From positions 99,063,906 through 99,127,905 of the forward strand of contig JARFYF010000052.1 of NCBI GenBank assembly GCA_030265395.1: a stretch of DNA of 64,000 bases, written 5' to 3'. This stretch comes from Rhina ancylostomus (Eukaryota). The translations under genes were made by a program, and so were the position numbers. This document shows, piece by piece, positions 13,166-25,900 of the stretch. The notes beneath the pieces are model-generated. The model was not told the DNA's origin. It made no database searches and saw nothing but the letters and a program-made list of their open reading frames with translations. Positions within the stretch are counted from its first letter, which is position 1. Each line of letters starts with the position of its first letter.

Positions 13166-14507
13166 TTCTTTTCGAGGACATTCCAGGAGCAGATCTTCCA
13201 AATGAGAAGTCGCATGAGTTCCTTGCTTCTTTCATGTCTTGCTTTATTTTGCTGTTTTTCTAACTTCCTAAAGTAAATATAAAATATATAGTCAGACAAT
13301 GTATTAAGTTATGGAATTATATATTCAGAAGTTCAAAATTTTAGGATTTCTTTGAAATAAGAACATCCATTGTAAATGCTTCCATGTATTGTAATTAGAG
13401 AACAAGTTATAGTTTTATTTAATAGTATTCAGTAGTACTTTGGAGTGTAAATCGGATCAATGTGGGTTTATAGTGTACCTTTCAGGTCTGGGACCTTTCA
13501 TCAGAACTGGTCTGGACTTAAAAGGTTAACTGTTAATCTTCCCACAGCTGCTGCCTGTCCTGCAGTGTTTCCACATTTTCTGCTTTTATTTTAGTTTTCC
13601 AATATCTACTCTACTTTTTTTTGTATTATCACTTGGATTTGTATTCCTCTGTGTTATTGTTTTTATTTTATCTGAGTCAAGAGCAGTTAAAGGTTTGCAT
13701 GATTTGTATACTTTTATGTTTCTTTTGAGGATTTACCTAAATTGAGCATTTAAGATCCTAATGAAGCTACTATATTAGGTCTTATCAATGATTGTTAAAT
13801 TCACTGAACACATTAATTTTCCATTAAATTAATCGTCAACATGATTTGGAATTTCTTAATGCTGAAATAAAACCTTTCCCATCTGCCCAAACCATCAGAT
13901 TAATGTATCATTATATAACACATGTTACCAATTTTGTTTTCTTTTTCAAAAAGAACTGGTGACAGTAAAATTAAGGATATCTGGTTGCGGTTACTTAAGC
14001 AGCAACATGTTTAGATTTTCACACCCATTTGTCACTTATCACTGCAATCACTTATGTTTTAGATAGTCAAAAATCACAGATCATTCACTGAAAAGGTTTG
14101 TTTGAAGATATAATCAATTGAAAACAATTTAGTCAAAGACTTCATGCAATTGAGTCAGGTGAAGAATTCCAGGGATAAATAGCTATGGAGTTAATATTGT
14201 CAAGTTAATCTTGCAATTCCCTTCCAAATAGTCACCTGGAAATGCTGCATGATTTTTATTTCTGCTCTTCAACCATAACTTAACCTGAAGTTTGGGAAAA
14301 TCTTTTCCCATCATGCTCATCTCAAGGCAAATTGTAGTTAACATTAAATGTTATAAACAATCCTTTATATCCTTTTTATCTTATTACAATATATTACAAT
14401 CAAAGTCATTAATTGGATTTTAAGCAATCCTATTTATATTGCTCACACAACTTTGTAAGAGTGCTGGATATCCTAAAGTATAGTTTGTCCCCAAAGTGTG
14501 TCTGAAA

Positions 14508-15865
14508 ATGCGGTCTGAGGTTCCCACCTACTTCAAAAGGGCATCAAACATACTAGTGCCCAAGAAGAGAAGGGTGAGCTGCCTCAATGACTATTGCCCT
14601 CATATCTGCTGTGATGGTGCTATGAAAGGTTGGTCATGGCTAGAATTAACTCCTGCTTGAGCAAGGACCTGGACCCACTACAATTTGCCTACCACCACAA
14701 CAGGTCTCCAGCGGACACAATCCCACTGGTTCTGCACTCAGCTCTGGAGCACCTAGTCGACAGCAAAACATACATCAGGCTGCTGTTTATCGATTACAGC
14801 CTAGCATTCAACACCATCAACCCCTTGGTACTAATCAACAAGCTTCAGACCCTGGGCCTCTGTACCTATCTCTGCAACAGGATCCTTGACTTCCTCTTCG
14901 GGAGACCACAGTGAGTGCGGAACGGTAATAACATCTCCTCTCCACTAACAATCAACACAGGTGCACCTCATGGATGTGTACTTAGCCCACTGCTCCACTC
15001 TCCTTACACTCATGACTGTGTGGCTAGGCACATCTCAAACACTATCTATAAGTTCACTGATGACACGACTGTTGTTGGCAGGATCTCAGATGGTGATGAG
15101 GAGGCATTCAGGAGTGAGATAGATTGGCTGGTGAATGGTGTCCCAACAACAACCTTGCACTCAACATCAGCAAGACCAAGGAATTTATTATGGACTTCAG
15201 GAAGGGGAAATTGGGAGAACACACACCAGTCCTCATTGAGGGGTCAGTGGTGGAAAGGGTGAGCAACTTCAAGTTCCTGAGTATCAACATCTCAGAGGAT
15301 CTATCTTGGACCCAACACATTGATGTAATCATGAAAAGGCATGCCAGCAGCTCTACTTCATTAGGGGTATGAGGAGATTTGATCTGTCACCAAAAAGTCT
15401 TGCAAATATCTATAGATGTACAGTGGAGAGCATTCTGACTGGTTGCATCACTGCCTGGTATGGAGGATCTGATGCACAGGATCGTAAGAGGCTGCAGAGG
15501 GTTGTAGACTCAGTCAGCTCCATCACGGGCACAACCCTCCCCACCATCGAGGACATTTTCAAGAGGCAGTGCCTCAAGAAGGCGGCATCCGTCACTAAGG
15601 ACCCTCACCATCTAGGACATGGTCTCTTTGCATTACTACCACTGGGGAGGAGGTAGAGGAGCCTGAAGATCCACACCCAACATTTCAGGAACAGCTTCTT
15701 CCCTTCTACCATCAGATTTCTTAACAGTCCATGAACACTACCTCATTTTTCCTCGTGTGCACTATTTATTAATTTTGTAACATAATTTTTATGCCTTGCA
15801 CTATACTGCTGCCGCAAAACAAGTTTTACGACATATGTCAATGATAATAAACCTGATTCTGATTA
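14508..15865 (+). mobile_element. Rex1/Babar-like LINE, 5'-truncated RT plus 3' end (disrupted)
   Basis: LDPLQFAY, LFIDYSLAFNTI, GAPHGCVLSPLL, KFTDDTTVVG, ESILTGCITAWYG; ends aataaacctgattctgatt; several stops and frameshifts. Confidence 0.9.
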
Positions 15866-17151
15866 TGAACTTGTGCTAAGTATTTAAACTTTGCACTAAA
15901 ATTGGTTTGCAAATAATCACAAATATAAATTGATAAATAAAAAGCATGAACAGGCAAAGTAATAAAGCATAACTGATTTTTTCCCACTTTTTATTAATAA
16001 ATATTCAGACCGGTTACCTTGTGCAGTTTTGTTAAACTCATCATAAACACCAACAAAATATATAGATAGTACTAATAATGTAGATTGAGGTTTAATGGCA
16101 ATACTCTCACTAGCATTATGAAATAAAGAATACCACTGAGGCATTTAGATTTTAGGACAAATGTCCAAAAGCTTGGTCAAAAGAAGATGCTTTAAGAAGC
16201 ATCCCAAAGGTGCTAAGAATTAGAGTGATGGACTGGATGGCTGCCAAGTTAGTGAAAAAGAAATCCATGACTTCCTTCTTTGTGTATTGGAGATAAGGAT
16301 GGAGAAGGGACTGGTTTAAAACGATTAATTGCATGAGAGAAAAGCTAGAGGTTTCTGCTCTGTTAAAAAAGGACGTTTTTNNNNNNNNNNNNNNNNNNNN
16401 NNNNNNNNNNNNNNNNNNNNNNNNNNNNNNNNNNNNNNNNNNNNNNNNNNNNNNNNNNNNNNNNNNNNNNNNNNNNNNNNTGAATGCTTCCTGTCCTTCA
16501 TTTACAGCTCAATTTAAAAACCATTGAAAATTTACATCATGAGAAAATCTACATACAATGTTTCATGGGTTTACATTAGTTGGTTTTTGAGTAAATTAAA
16601 TATTTGTCAAATTTTTAAAAAACTTTAAGTCGCTATGCAACTAAGAAAATGAGTGAAATTTGTTTCCCCAACCAAATAAATTTCACAGATGGGGAGTATG
16701 ACAAGTTTGGGCAAATTTAATCTAGAAACAGTGCAAAAGATCATGCAAAACATGACCATGGGTGATTTTGCCTTCAACTCATTTCTGTTTTAAAATTCCC
16801 CAGGCATTTGCACTGGTTTAATCATGTAGAGTGTGCTGATAGAATCAGTCAATCCTGTGAATAAGCATCATCACCAATTTTGATTATTTGTTTGCAATAC
16901 ATCTAAAGCATACCAACACAAACGGAGAGGGAAGTAAACCAGTTCTAGGAGCTCTGAGCCATTTTCAGTTATTTTTCTCCAAAAATTTAATTATTCATAA
17001 AATTTTGCACAAACATAATACAGTATATTAATAGGTCATAATTCACAGTACAAAACTGGTGGGGCAAAAGGTATGGACCAAGGGAATTCTATCCCAGTTC
17101 TGTCTGGGGTGAGAGAAGTACAGGAGATGTGGGAGATGGCTCAACCAACCA

Positions 17152-17153
<2 letters not shown>

Positions 17154-17214
<61 letters not shown>

Positions 17215-17227
17215 CGCGCGCGCATGT
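17154..17227. repeat. (GT)n microsatellite continuing into (GC)n
   Basis: Uninterrupted purine-pyrimidine alternation, read directly. Confidence 0.9.
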
Positions 17228-17229
17228 TA

Positions 17230-17600
17230 CCTGTTTCCTGAAAAAGGAGAACATCTTCACTGGGCCCCCTTACCCCACTGCTCCTATCTGCCCTCCCCAC
17301 TTCCCTTGTTTGGTTCCATGCTCACCCATCATCTACAGCCCTTTGTTGCCTTCACCTCTCCCCTGCTATAACGTTTTCCTCTTCCATCTGCCTATCACCC
17401 CTCCTCACCTGGATCCACCTATTTGCTCGCCTCTTTATACTGGCTATCTCCTGTTTACTCTTTCAGTCCAGATGAAGGGTCTCAACATGAACCAGTGACT
17501 GTCCATTTCCCTCTACAGACGCTGCCTGACCCAAGTTCCTCCAGAAATTTGTTTTTTTTTTGCTCCTGATTCCAGCATCTGCAGTCTCCTGTGTCTCCTT
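17230..17600 (+). mobile_element. Penelope-like element 3' tail and terminal repeat
   Basis: C-rich tail, then cagtccagatgaagggtctc...gctgcctgacc...ccagcatctgcagtctcctgtgtctcc; a related tail lies at ~17930-18280. Confidence 0.6.
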
Positions 17601-19668
17601 AAAATTATGTTTATCTGCCTGACTATTTCTGAGGTCTCTTAGTTGTTTCCTTTGTGTAGTTGAACAAGTAGCCTGTCCACTTGAAACGTTCAGGAGGCCG
17701 CAAAAATATGCAGTATACATTGGTTGATTGTAATGCCCAGATGCAGTTTGCAGATACAAAGGACAGCTTATATGGCCAATGTAGGCTTTTGGAGATTTAA
17801 TCCAAGATTACTTAAGGAATAGGAGTCTGACATTTAACTTTTAATGTTTTGGCAGTAGTAGAGTAAAACCTATCCAAAAACCCCACCTAAAACCAATGGA
17901 CCACTATACTGCATTAATGGCAACCTGCTTGCCCTCCGTCACCTTCTCTCTCTTCCTGGTCTACCCCTAATTAGCACCCCCCACCCTCAATTCCTTTTCT
18001 CTCCACCAGTGACTCCATCTGCCCATCATTGACACACTCCTCCCACTGTTCCCATCTGCACACCCTACTTGATACTTATTTGGTTCCATGCTCCACATTC
18101 CTTTCTTATTAGATTCCATCAGCTGTAGCCCTTTGCTGCCTCCACCTATTACCAGTCAGTCTCTGTTGCTATTCCCACACTTCCCTCCATCTGTCAATCA
18201 CCCCTCTTCACCTGGATCCATCTAATACTTGCCAGCTCTGGCACCACCACTTCCCCCCCACATCTTTATACTAGCTACCTTCAACAATTTGTTTTTTGCA
18301 ACATAGTTTTAAACTGGCAAAATGCAAATATAAGCCTGATGCAAGGAATTTCTTTGCACGTTGTGAAATTTTCAGTATGGTAGCAGAGGCAAAAAAAGCT
18401 TAAGAACTATACTTAGACGCTCAGATGGGTACAGGCATTTTTATCTGCATTGATGAGCTAAGAATTTTGCACCCTGAAAAGTACAGCCTCTTCAATAGAA
18501 ATATGGTGCGATAAATCCAATATAAAAGCAAACATCATTCTCTCAAGAACTCCTTATTTCTTGAAGAGGTGAGATTTTAATTATTTTAAAATGTGAAATA
18601 TTCATGATTAATTAACAGCAATTAAAATTAAGTGGATGGTATGCCACGAGATGTATTTGTTCATAATTGACGATACTAGAAGTAAAAGGCAGCTGAATAT
18701 TTTAAAATGTAGAACTTTTAAACAATGATTATTGCTGTATGTTGGTGTGTATAAAAGGCCTACTTATAAACAAATACAACAATGAACAGGAAATTTCATT
18801 GAATAAAATTCAACTTAAATTGTTTTAATAATAGGATAAAATACAATAGACATCTAAAACACATACATTTTTAAATTTTTATTTACTAAGTTTTCAAATT
18901 ATAAATACAAGATATAACTGTTCTGAAAAACTTAGGGGATTTAAACAAACTGTGCCAGATTTTCTCAAACAGGTGAGATTAATCATACTCATTATTTACA
19001 CAATGATGCAACAACCTCCAGTGAAGTTAAACACAGATATCCAAAGGTTGCCCCAAGAATTACGTTACTGTTACTAACATAAAAAAAAGCACCAAGCTGT
19101 AGGTCTTGCCAGTGCATGCATTGCATGTCATATTGCCTTACAGCAGATTCAAACTTGTCACGGATTTTCCGGAAATTCTGGCTAAATACCCTTTTTTTAA
19201 AGCAACGATCAGTAATGACTACCATTCAACCTCACCCATATTGGAAATGAACTATTATAAATATGAATCACATTATGTCAGGTGTTAAGAATTACTGAAA
19301 TTCAAAAAAATGAAAACTACAATAACACTTCCAATCTCTCAACCAACTTTTCCCTCTTCATTTTTCTTTCTGTATCTAATTGAATTTACCAACATTAATT
19401 TACACTGACTTCTTAATCCTTGTGCTAATTAGTTCATAAAATTTCAGTCTGATGTGTTAAGGAGGCACACTGTTGCTTGACCCGTTCACTCAGTTCCAGA
19501 GGTCCGGTTTCATTCACTGCACTATTTTCAGCTGGCACATTCAGTAGCTTGCAATACAAGAAACTAAAAATCTAAACATGAGGGGAAATCTAGCCAACAG
19601 CAAACAGCCCTGCAATACGGCTCATGAATTAACAGAAAGGAAAACGTATTTTGTATAAAATGACATTC

Positions 19669-19674
19669 TTTATT
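19669..19674 (-). terminator. Candidate polyadenylation signal (AATAAA) for TRMT44
   Basis: First AATAAA on the minus strand, ~55 nt after the stop; another lies at 18878-18883. Which one is used cannot be told from sequence. Confidence 0.35.
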
Positions 19675-19729
19675 CTTGATTGCTATATTTCATTCTAATT
19701 TCCCAAGAGAACAAACCATGGTCAATAAT

Positions 19730-19944
19730 TTACTTTCTTCTTGTAGTTCGAGGTCGCAGTTCCTCTGATCCATGTGCAAATGGGCACTTTTCTGCACTTC
19801 GAGGGCATCCATTGGGATGATTTACAAAGAACCAGCAAAGACGTGTCTTACATGTGTCTAATGGCATTTTCCTTGTACCTGATGTCTGCTTCCTGGTTTG
19901 CTCCTCCTTTGTCCAATCTCGAATCTGAACCTGGCCATGGACAA
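19730..19944 (-). CDS. TRMT44: TRMT44 last coding exon with C3H1 zinc finger ([28 protein letters not shown])
   Basis: Acceptor tgttag|; stop TAA at 19730-19732; matches the human C-terminus [13 protein letters not shown]...CPFAHG. Confidence 0.95.
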
Positions 19945-22900
19945 CTAACATATTGGAGAAAGAATAAAAGTATTTTACTACATTTTCAAGCATTTACCTA
20001 TATATTTTGTGTTCCAGATAATATGGTGAATACAGTCTTACATCGATACATCAAAGTTATGTGTGTTGGGTTCAAAAGAACTAAATATAACATATTTAAG
20101 AAACCAAGCAATTGAGATTGAAGGAACTTAACCAAAGTTATCACCGACACTAGGTCCCCCAGCATCTTTACCCAGGGAGTCTAGAGACTCCACTGGAACT
20201 GGTATTAACAGGAAGACAAAATTCTGGGCCATTGATAGAGAATAATCCATATTTATCTTAGTTATCGATTACTAAGATAAGAAAAAACATATGCAAATAA
20301 AAGCAACAAATAGAGTTGCAGAAGACTTGACATAGGGAAATCCAACTTTACGCAAATTCTCCCAGAATGCTCGAATCTCTTCACCAGGAAACAATACAGA
20401 GACTATCCATAGAGAAAAGTAATGCAGTCTCCGAACTCTTCTTCAGGTAAAGTCAAATGTTACAAACCCTCAGCCACCACTTAATAGTGCACACTTTCTT
20501 TTATTAAACTGCTAATAGTTTTCTTGCTGATTAGCAGATCAGCACCCACCTTCACTCCACCCAGGTTGCATTCAAACATTTGTCACAGTTCACTTGCTGG
20601 TAATAACACCTATCACCTACACTGACCCTCCCCAGTCTACTCTTTGCAAATCAGTTGCTTAGGTCTGTTGAAGCTAAAGATTTCACATTACTATTTAGGG
20701 AGAAAATGTTCATTTCTGACTTACGGAAAATTCAATTTACATAGAACATTACAGCACAGTACAGGCCCTTTGGCCCCCAATATTGTACTGACCTTTTAAC
20801 CTACTCTAAGATCCATCTAACCATTCCCTCCCACGTACTCCTCCATTTTTCTATCATCCATGTACCTAAGAGTTTCTTAAATGTCCCTAATGTACCTGCC
20901 TCTACCAGCACCCCAGCAGCACGTTCCATGCACCCAATCACTCTGTGTAAAAAAAAGAAAACCTACCTCTAATATCCCCCTTCCAATGACCTTAAAATTA
21001 TGCCCCCTCGTGTTAGCCATTTCTGCCCTAGGAAAAAGTCTCAGGCTGTCCACTCCATCAATGCCTCTTATCATCTTGTACACCTCTATGAGGTCACCTC
21101 TCATCCTCCTTCACTCCAGAGAGAAAAGACCTAGCTCACTCAACCTATCTTCATAAGACGTGCTCTCCAATCCAGGTAGCATCCTGGTAAATCTCCTCTG
21201 CACCCTATCTAAAGTTTCCACATCCTTCCTATAGTGAGGCAACCAGAACTGAACACAATATTCTTAAGTGTGGTCTAACCAGGGTTTTATAGAACTGCAA
21301 CATTACCTCGCGGCTTCTGAACTCAATTCCCCAACTAATGAAGGCCAACATGCCATATGCCTTCTTAACAACCCTATCAACTTGTGCAGCAACTCTGAGG
21401 GATCTATGGACTTGGACCCCAAGATCCCTCTGTTCCTTCACACTTAAGAATCCTGCCATTAACCCTGTATTCTGCATTCAAATTCGACCTTTCAAAGTGA
21501 ATCACTTCACACCTTTCAGGGTGGAACTCCATCTGCCCCTTCTCAGCCCAGCTTTGCATCCTTATCAATGTCCTGCTGTAACCCTCGACAACCTTCTACA
21601 CTATCCACCACACCACCAACCTTTGTATCATCAGCAAACTTACTAATCCACCCTACCACTTCCTCATCCTCATCCAAGTCATTTGTAAAAATTACAAAAA
21701 GCAGGCTTCCCAGAACAGATCCCTGCAGAACACCACTGGTCACCGACCTCCAGGTAGAATAGGTCCATCTACAACCACCCTCTGTCTTCTATGGACAGCC
21801 AGTTCCAAATCCACACAGCCAAGTTTCCCTGGTTCCCATGCCTCCCGACCTTCTGAATGAGCCTATCATGGGGAACCATATCAAACGCCTTAGTAAAGTC
21901 CATATGCACAATATCCATTGCCCTACCTTCAATGTGTTTTGTCACATCCTCAAAGAATACAGTGTAATCAATGTGTTTTGTCACAAACGTTTCACAGGAA
22001 TGGAATCGTTATTTAACCTGGGGACCCCTTGTAGAGAATTGCTGTTAGTGACTCGGAGGGGGGAAATGGGATTGTTCTGGGAGCTAGTGAAGATTCAATG
22101 GCATCCTTTTATTGCATATAAGATTCTGTAGAGGTTAGGAAGAGAATTAATAAAAGCTGCAAACCATACCTTCAAATACCTGACAATTATTTCTTAAGAG
22201 AGTCTTCAAACCACCACACTCATTTTTTAATTTCTGTAATGCACTGCTGCCTAGAAAAGCTGCTACATTCTTCAGTGGCAGGCTTCCTGCGGTAAAACAC
22301 ATTGGGGTAGAAATTGAGAGAATGCGTAAAAATTCATGACTTTATATGGTATACATCATGACTTTAAGTCACTGCAGTAAGTGAAGTATTGAAGTACAGT
22401 CATTGAAGGAATCTGGTGGCATTAATAATGGAAAGGACACAAAGAACTGCCCAGCTCTTCTTCAAACGGGAAGATGGGAATACATTTATTCAACTGAATA
22501 ATAAATATTGTTGTTTAGTATCTCATCCAAAAGACAGTACATCCAACAGTGCAGCACCTTGTACCACAAAATATACATCTCTGGAGTGGGACTTTTGTGA
22601 TAATCAAAATGCAATTAGCTTTCTCAGCTTGAGTAGGCTGCCAAATGAGCTGGCAAGATTCCATCCCAAAAAACTATTAACAGGAAACTGGGAAAGCCAG
22701 TTTAAGTTTGTTAAGCAGATAATNNNNNNNNNNNNNNNNNNNNNNNNNNNNNNNNNNNNNNNNNNNNNNNNNNNNNNNNNNNNNNNNNNNNNNNNNNNNN
22801 NNNNNNNNNNNNNNNNNNNNNNNTAGAAAGAAGTCTGGTCTGCAAAAGTAATATTGCTGTTACATTGGCTGTAGTTATTCAGATAGCCCAAAGAACAATA

Positions 22901-25900
22901 GCACCATCCACATTTAACATGGATTAACTAATGTCATTTTAATGCAGGTATGGAACAGCTCCTCTGGAACACATCTCATTGAGTAGACTGACTGTTCTGC
23001 GAAAGAGATACAGGTATCTCTTACATATTTGTACATTAAATATTAACTACCATTTAAATGCATATGAAAATTCCCTGATTCTGGACATTCTTCTGATTTA
23101 TTTAATCATTTCAATGTTTCTTCAGTTATTACCCATTCTTGTATTTACAGGAATGGTTTGGGACCTGTGAAGGAAGGAGAGTCACAGTACTCAGTGGTTC
23201 ATTGCACTGGATATATCAAGGCTTGGCCACCAGCAGGTAATTTAATTCAATCAGAAGTGTAATTTAGTTTTTTTTATTTAGCGTAATAGAGTCATACAAC
23301 ATGGAAATTGGCCCTTTGGCTCACTGAGTCCATGTCGACGATCGAACATCTACTACATAATCACATTTCATTTTTCCCACTTTCCTATCAACTCTCTCCA
23401 GATTCTATCACTTAGCTAAATATTAGGGGCAAATGACGGTGGCCAGTTAACCTATAGACCCACATGTCTTTGGTATGTGGGAGGAAACCAAAGCACCCTG
23501 GAGAAAACTCACACAGTTACAGAAAAAACAGGTGAACTCCACACAGACAGCACCCAAGCTCGGGGTTGAACCTGGGTCACTGGATCTGTGAGGTAGCAGC
23601 TTCACTAGCTGTGCAACTGTGTAATAACTTGCAAACTTTCTGCTCTGGGGCTTACTGAGAAGTTCTTGCACCCTCTCATGCTCAACTAACCACAGATACT
23701 GGAGACACAGGAGACTACAGATGCTGGAAGAAAACAGCAGGTCAGGCAGCATCCGTGAAGGAAAATGGACAGTCGATGTTTCAGGTCAAGGTCCTTCATT
23801 GGTCCAAGATGAAGGATCTCGACCCAAAACGTCAACTGTCCATTTCCCTCCATAGATGCAGCCTGACCTGCTGTGTTCCTCCAGCATCTTGTGTGTTGTA
23901 ACCAAAGATACTGGTTGTGGAAAATCTGCTGAGAAAGAAATCTGTCACGATTGTCTTTTTGCCCTTTTCTGTTGTTATTTTCTGTTTCTCTGTTACCTCA
24001 TGGGTTTCAACATTTACATTTCTCTCGGCAGCTGTTTGTGCACTGTTGTTGTGGAAATTGTGTAGGAACTAGAGGTGGGTCAATAGTTATATCACTTCCA
24101 AAGTTCCTGCCATCTGTCTCACCATTTGAAAACCATTCCTATAGTACACGAATGATAGATAAAATATTTGTATTTAACTGTTATATTTGTATATATCTAC
24201 AGTGAGAGAATGGAATAACAATAATGTTTAGAATTCCTAGTTAATCTGGAACTCTCTGTAGTTTAACTGATCACGTACTTTAACCTGCTCTCTGACATTG
24301 GCTGAGGGGAGTGTTATCGATCTCCCCATCATAGTTTCGACCTTGTGTGAATAACATGTCAGATTACTTCACCTTGTATTGATTATGAGCAGTTTTGCAT
24401 ACAGGATCATGATTTACTTTATGCTGAAGCAATCTGGAAAGTTATTTGAGGAAATATCAGAATAAATTACTTGCTGTGTTCAGAGACTCTGCATAAACGC
24501 CACACTCCTCATAGAATTGAGCCTGAGCAATTAATACTTTTTTTTTAGTGTCTACAAAAGGTTCCCCTAGTTTCACTCATCCTTGGCAGTGTTGGTCCCA
24601 GGCTAGCTAACACACTATTTTTGTTTTTTTTTACTTCTATATTGTTACTGATTCTAAGGAAAAAGGCACTTTGTGGCTCTCATGCTCTGGCCTTCAGTAC
24701 TTGTATTCTTAAGATATAACAATCTTCCAGCTTTCAGTTATGAGGTTTTATAAGTATCCTCGGTTCAGATCTAAGGGACTGCTAAACAAATGGAAATGCC
24801 ATCCTTAGAATGGGATGTTACTTATTACAGTGGTTGAGTTACTAGATGAGTAATCCAGAGACCTGGGCAAATTATGTGAAGATGTGACATTTATTGGAGC
24901 TTAGGAGGTTGGGGGGGGGGGGGTGGGAAACATACTGAGCTGTACAAAATACCATTTCACTCTTCTATAAAATCTGAGTTATTAATACAGTGAAAAGCTG
25001 ATGGCATGGGAGAAATCCCTGTGGCATCCTATTGGTAGCTGTATGTCAACCTGAACATTGTCTGTTTGTGGTACTATCTTTTTTCTGTCTATGAATCAAT
25101 AATAATCGTGCTAATATGTTACTGACAAAACTGTGAGCTCTTGTTTTATGTAACAACCTTCAAAGAAAGTATCTTATTAATGCTTTCTGAAAATTTGCAA
25201 TATTCTATCCACTGGCTCCCCTTTGTCCACTTTACTAATTACATCTTCAAAAAACTTCCATTGGATTTATTTAACACAATTTTCCCTTCATAAAACTGTC
25301 TAATCAAATTAGGCTGATCTTTGTGATGGAAGCCAGACCTGTCTCAGTTTTTCCCTCTGAGATACTGGAAAAATATTTAGAATTCAAGCAACAAGGGTAC
25401 TTTATTAAATAAACAGTCACTGGGTTAGGGAGAACTCATATTATCACTTTCTTCCACGGAGGCAAGCAGACTCTAATGTTCTGTATCACCATCTAACTGG
25501 TTAACAATGTTGCAATGAGAGAGAGAGGGAGCACTTGGTTACATGAATCAATTCTTAAAGTGGCACCAGCCAATACTATGTAATCCATATGTGGTACATT
25601 CTCCTTTTAATAATGAAAAAACAAAAGAAGGAAGAAAAAAATATGTTCAAAATAACCATGTAGCATCCATTGGCTCCACTTTAGCACAAAGCTGTCGAGG
25701 TACTTGGGTCGATGGACTATCCGTCCAGATCTAGTTCTCACTGTTTACAGTTCTCCCACTGCCTTTAGCTGTGCTGTGGTATCCACATGTTGCAGGGTTA
25801 GGGATGTACCCTGCAGTATCTCCACAAATGCTTTTGTCTTGGGTGTCTTCCTGAGGTGGAGCCTAATTTGTGGGTGCTATCCCCCACTGTGACGTGCAGT

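Noticed and set aside
14630-15656. RT-like ORFs as a possible active or domesticated retroelement
   Set aside because: 5'-truncated with stops and frameshifts; an ordinary dead Rex1/Babar-type LINE.
17043-17498. ORFs with THTHTH or VCVCVC repeats
   Set aside because: Translations of the (GT)n microsatellite.
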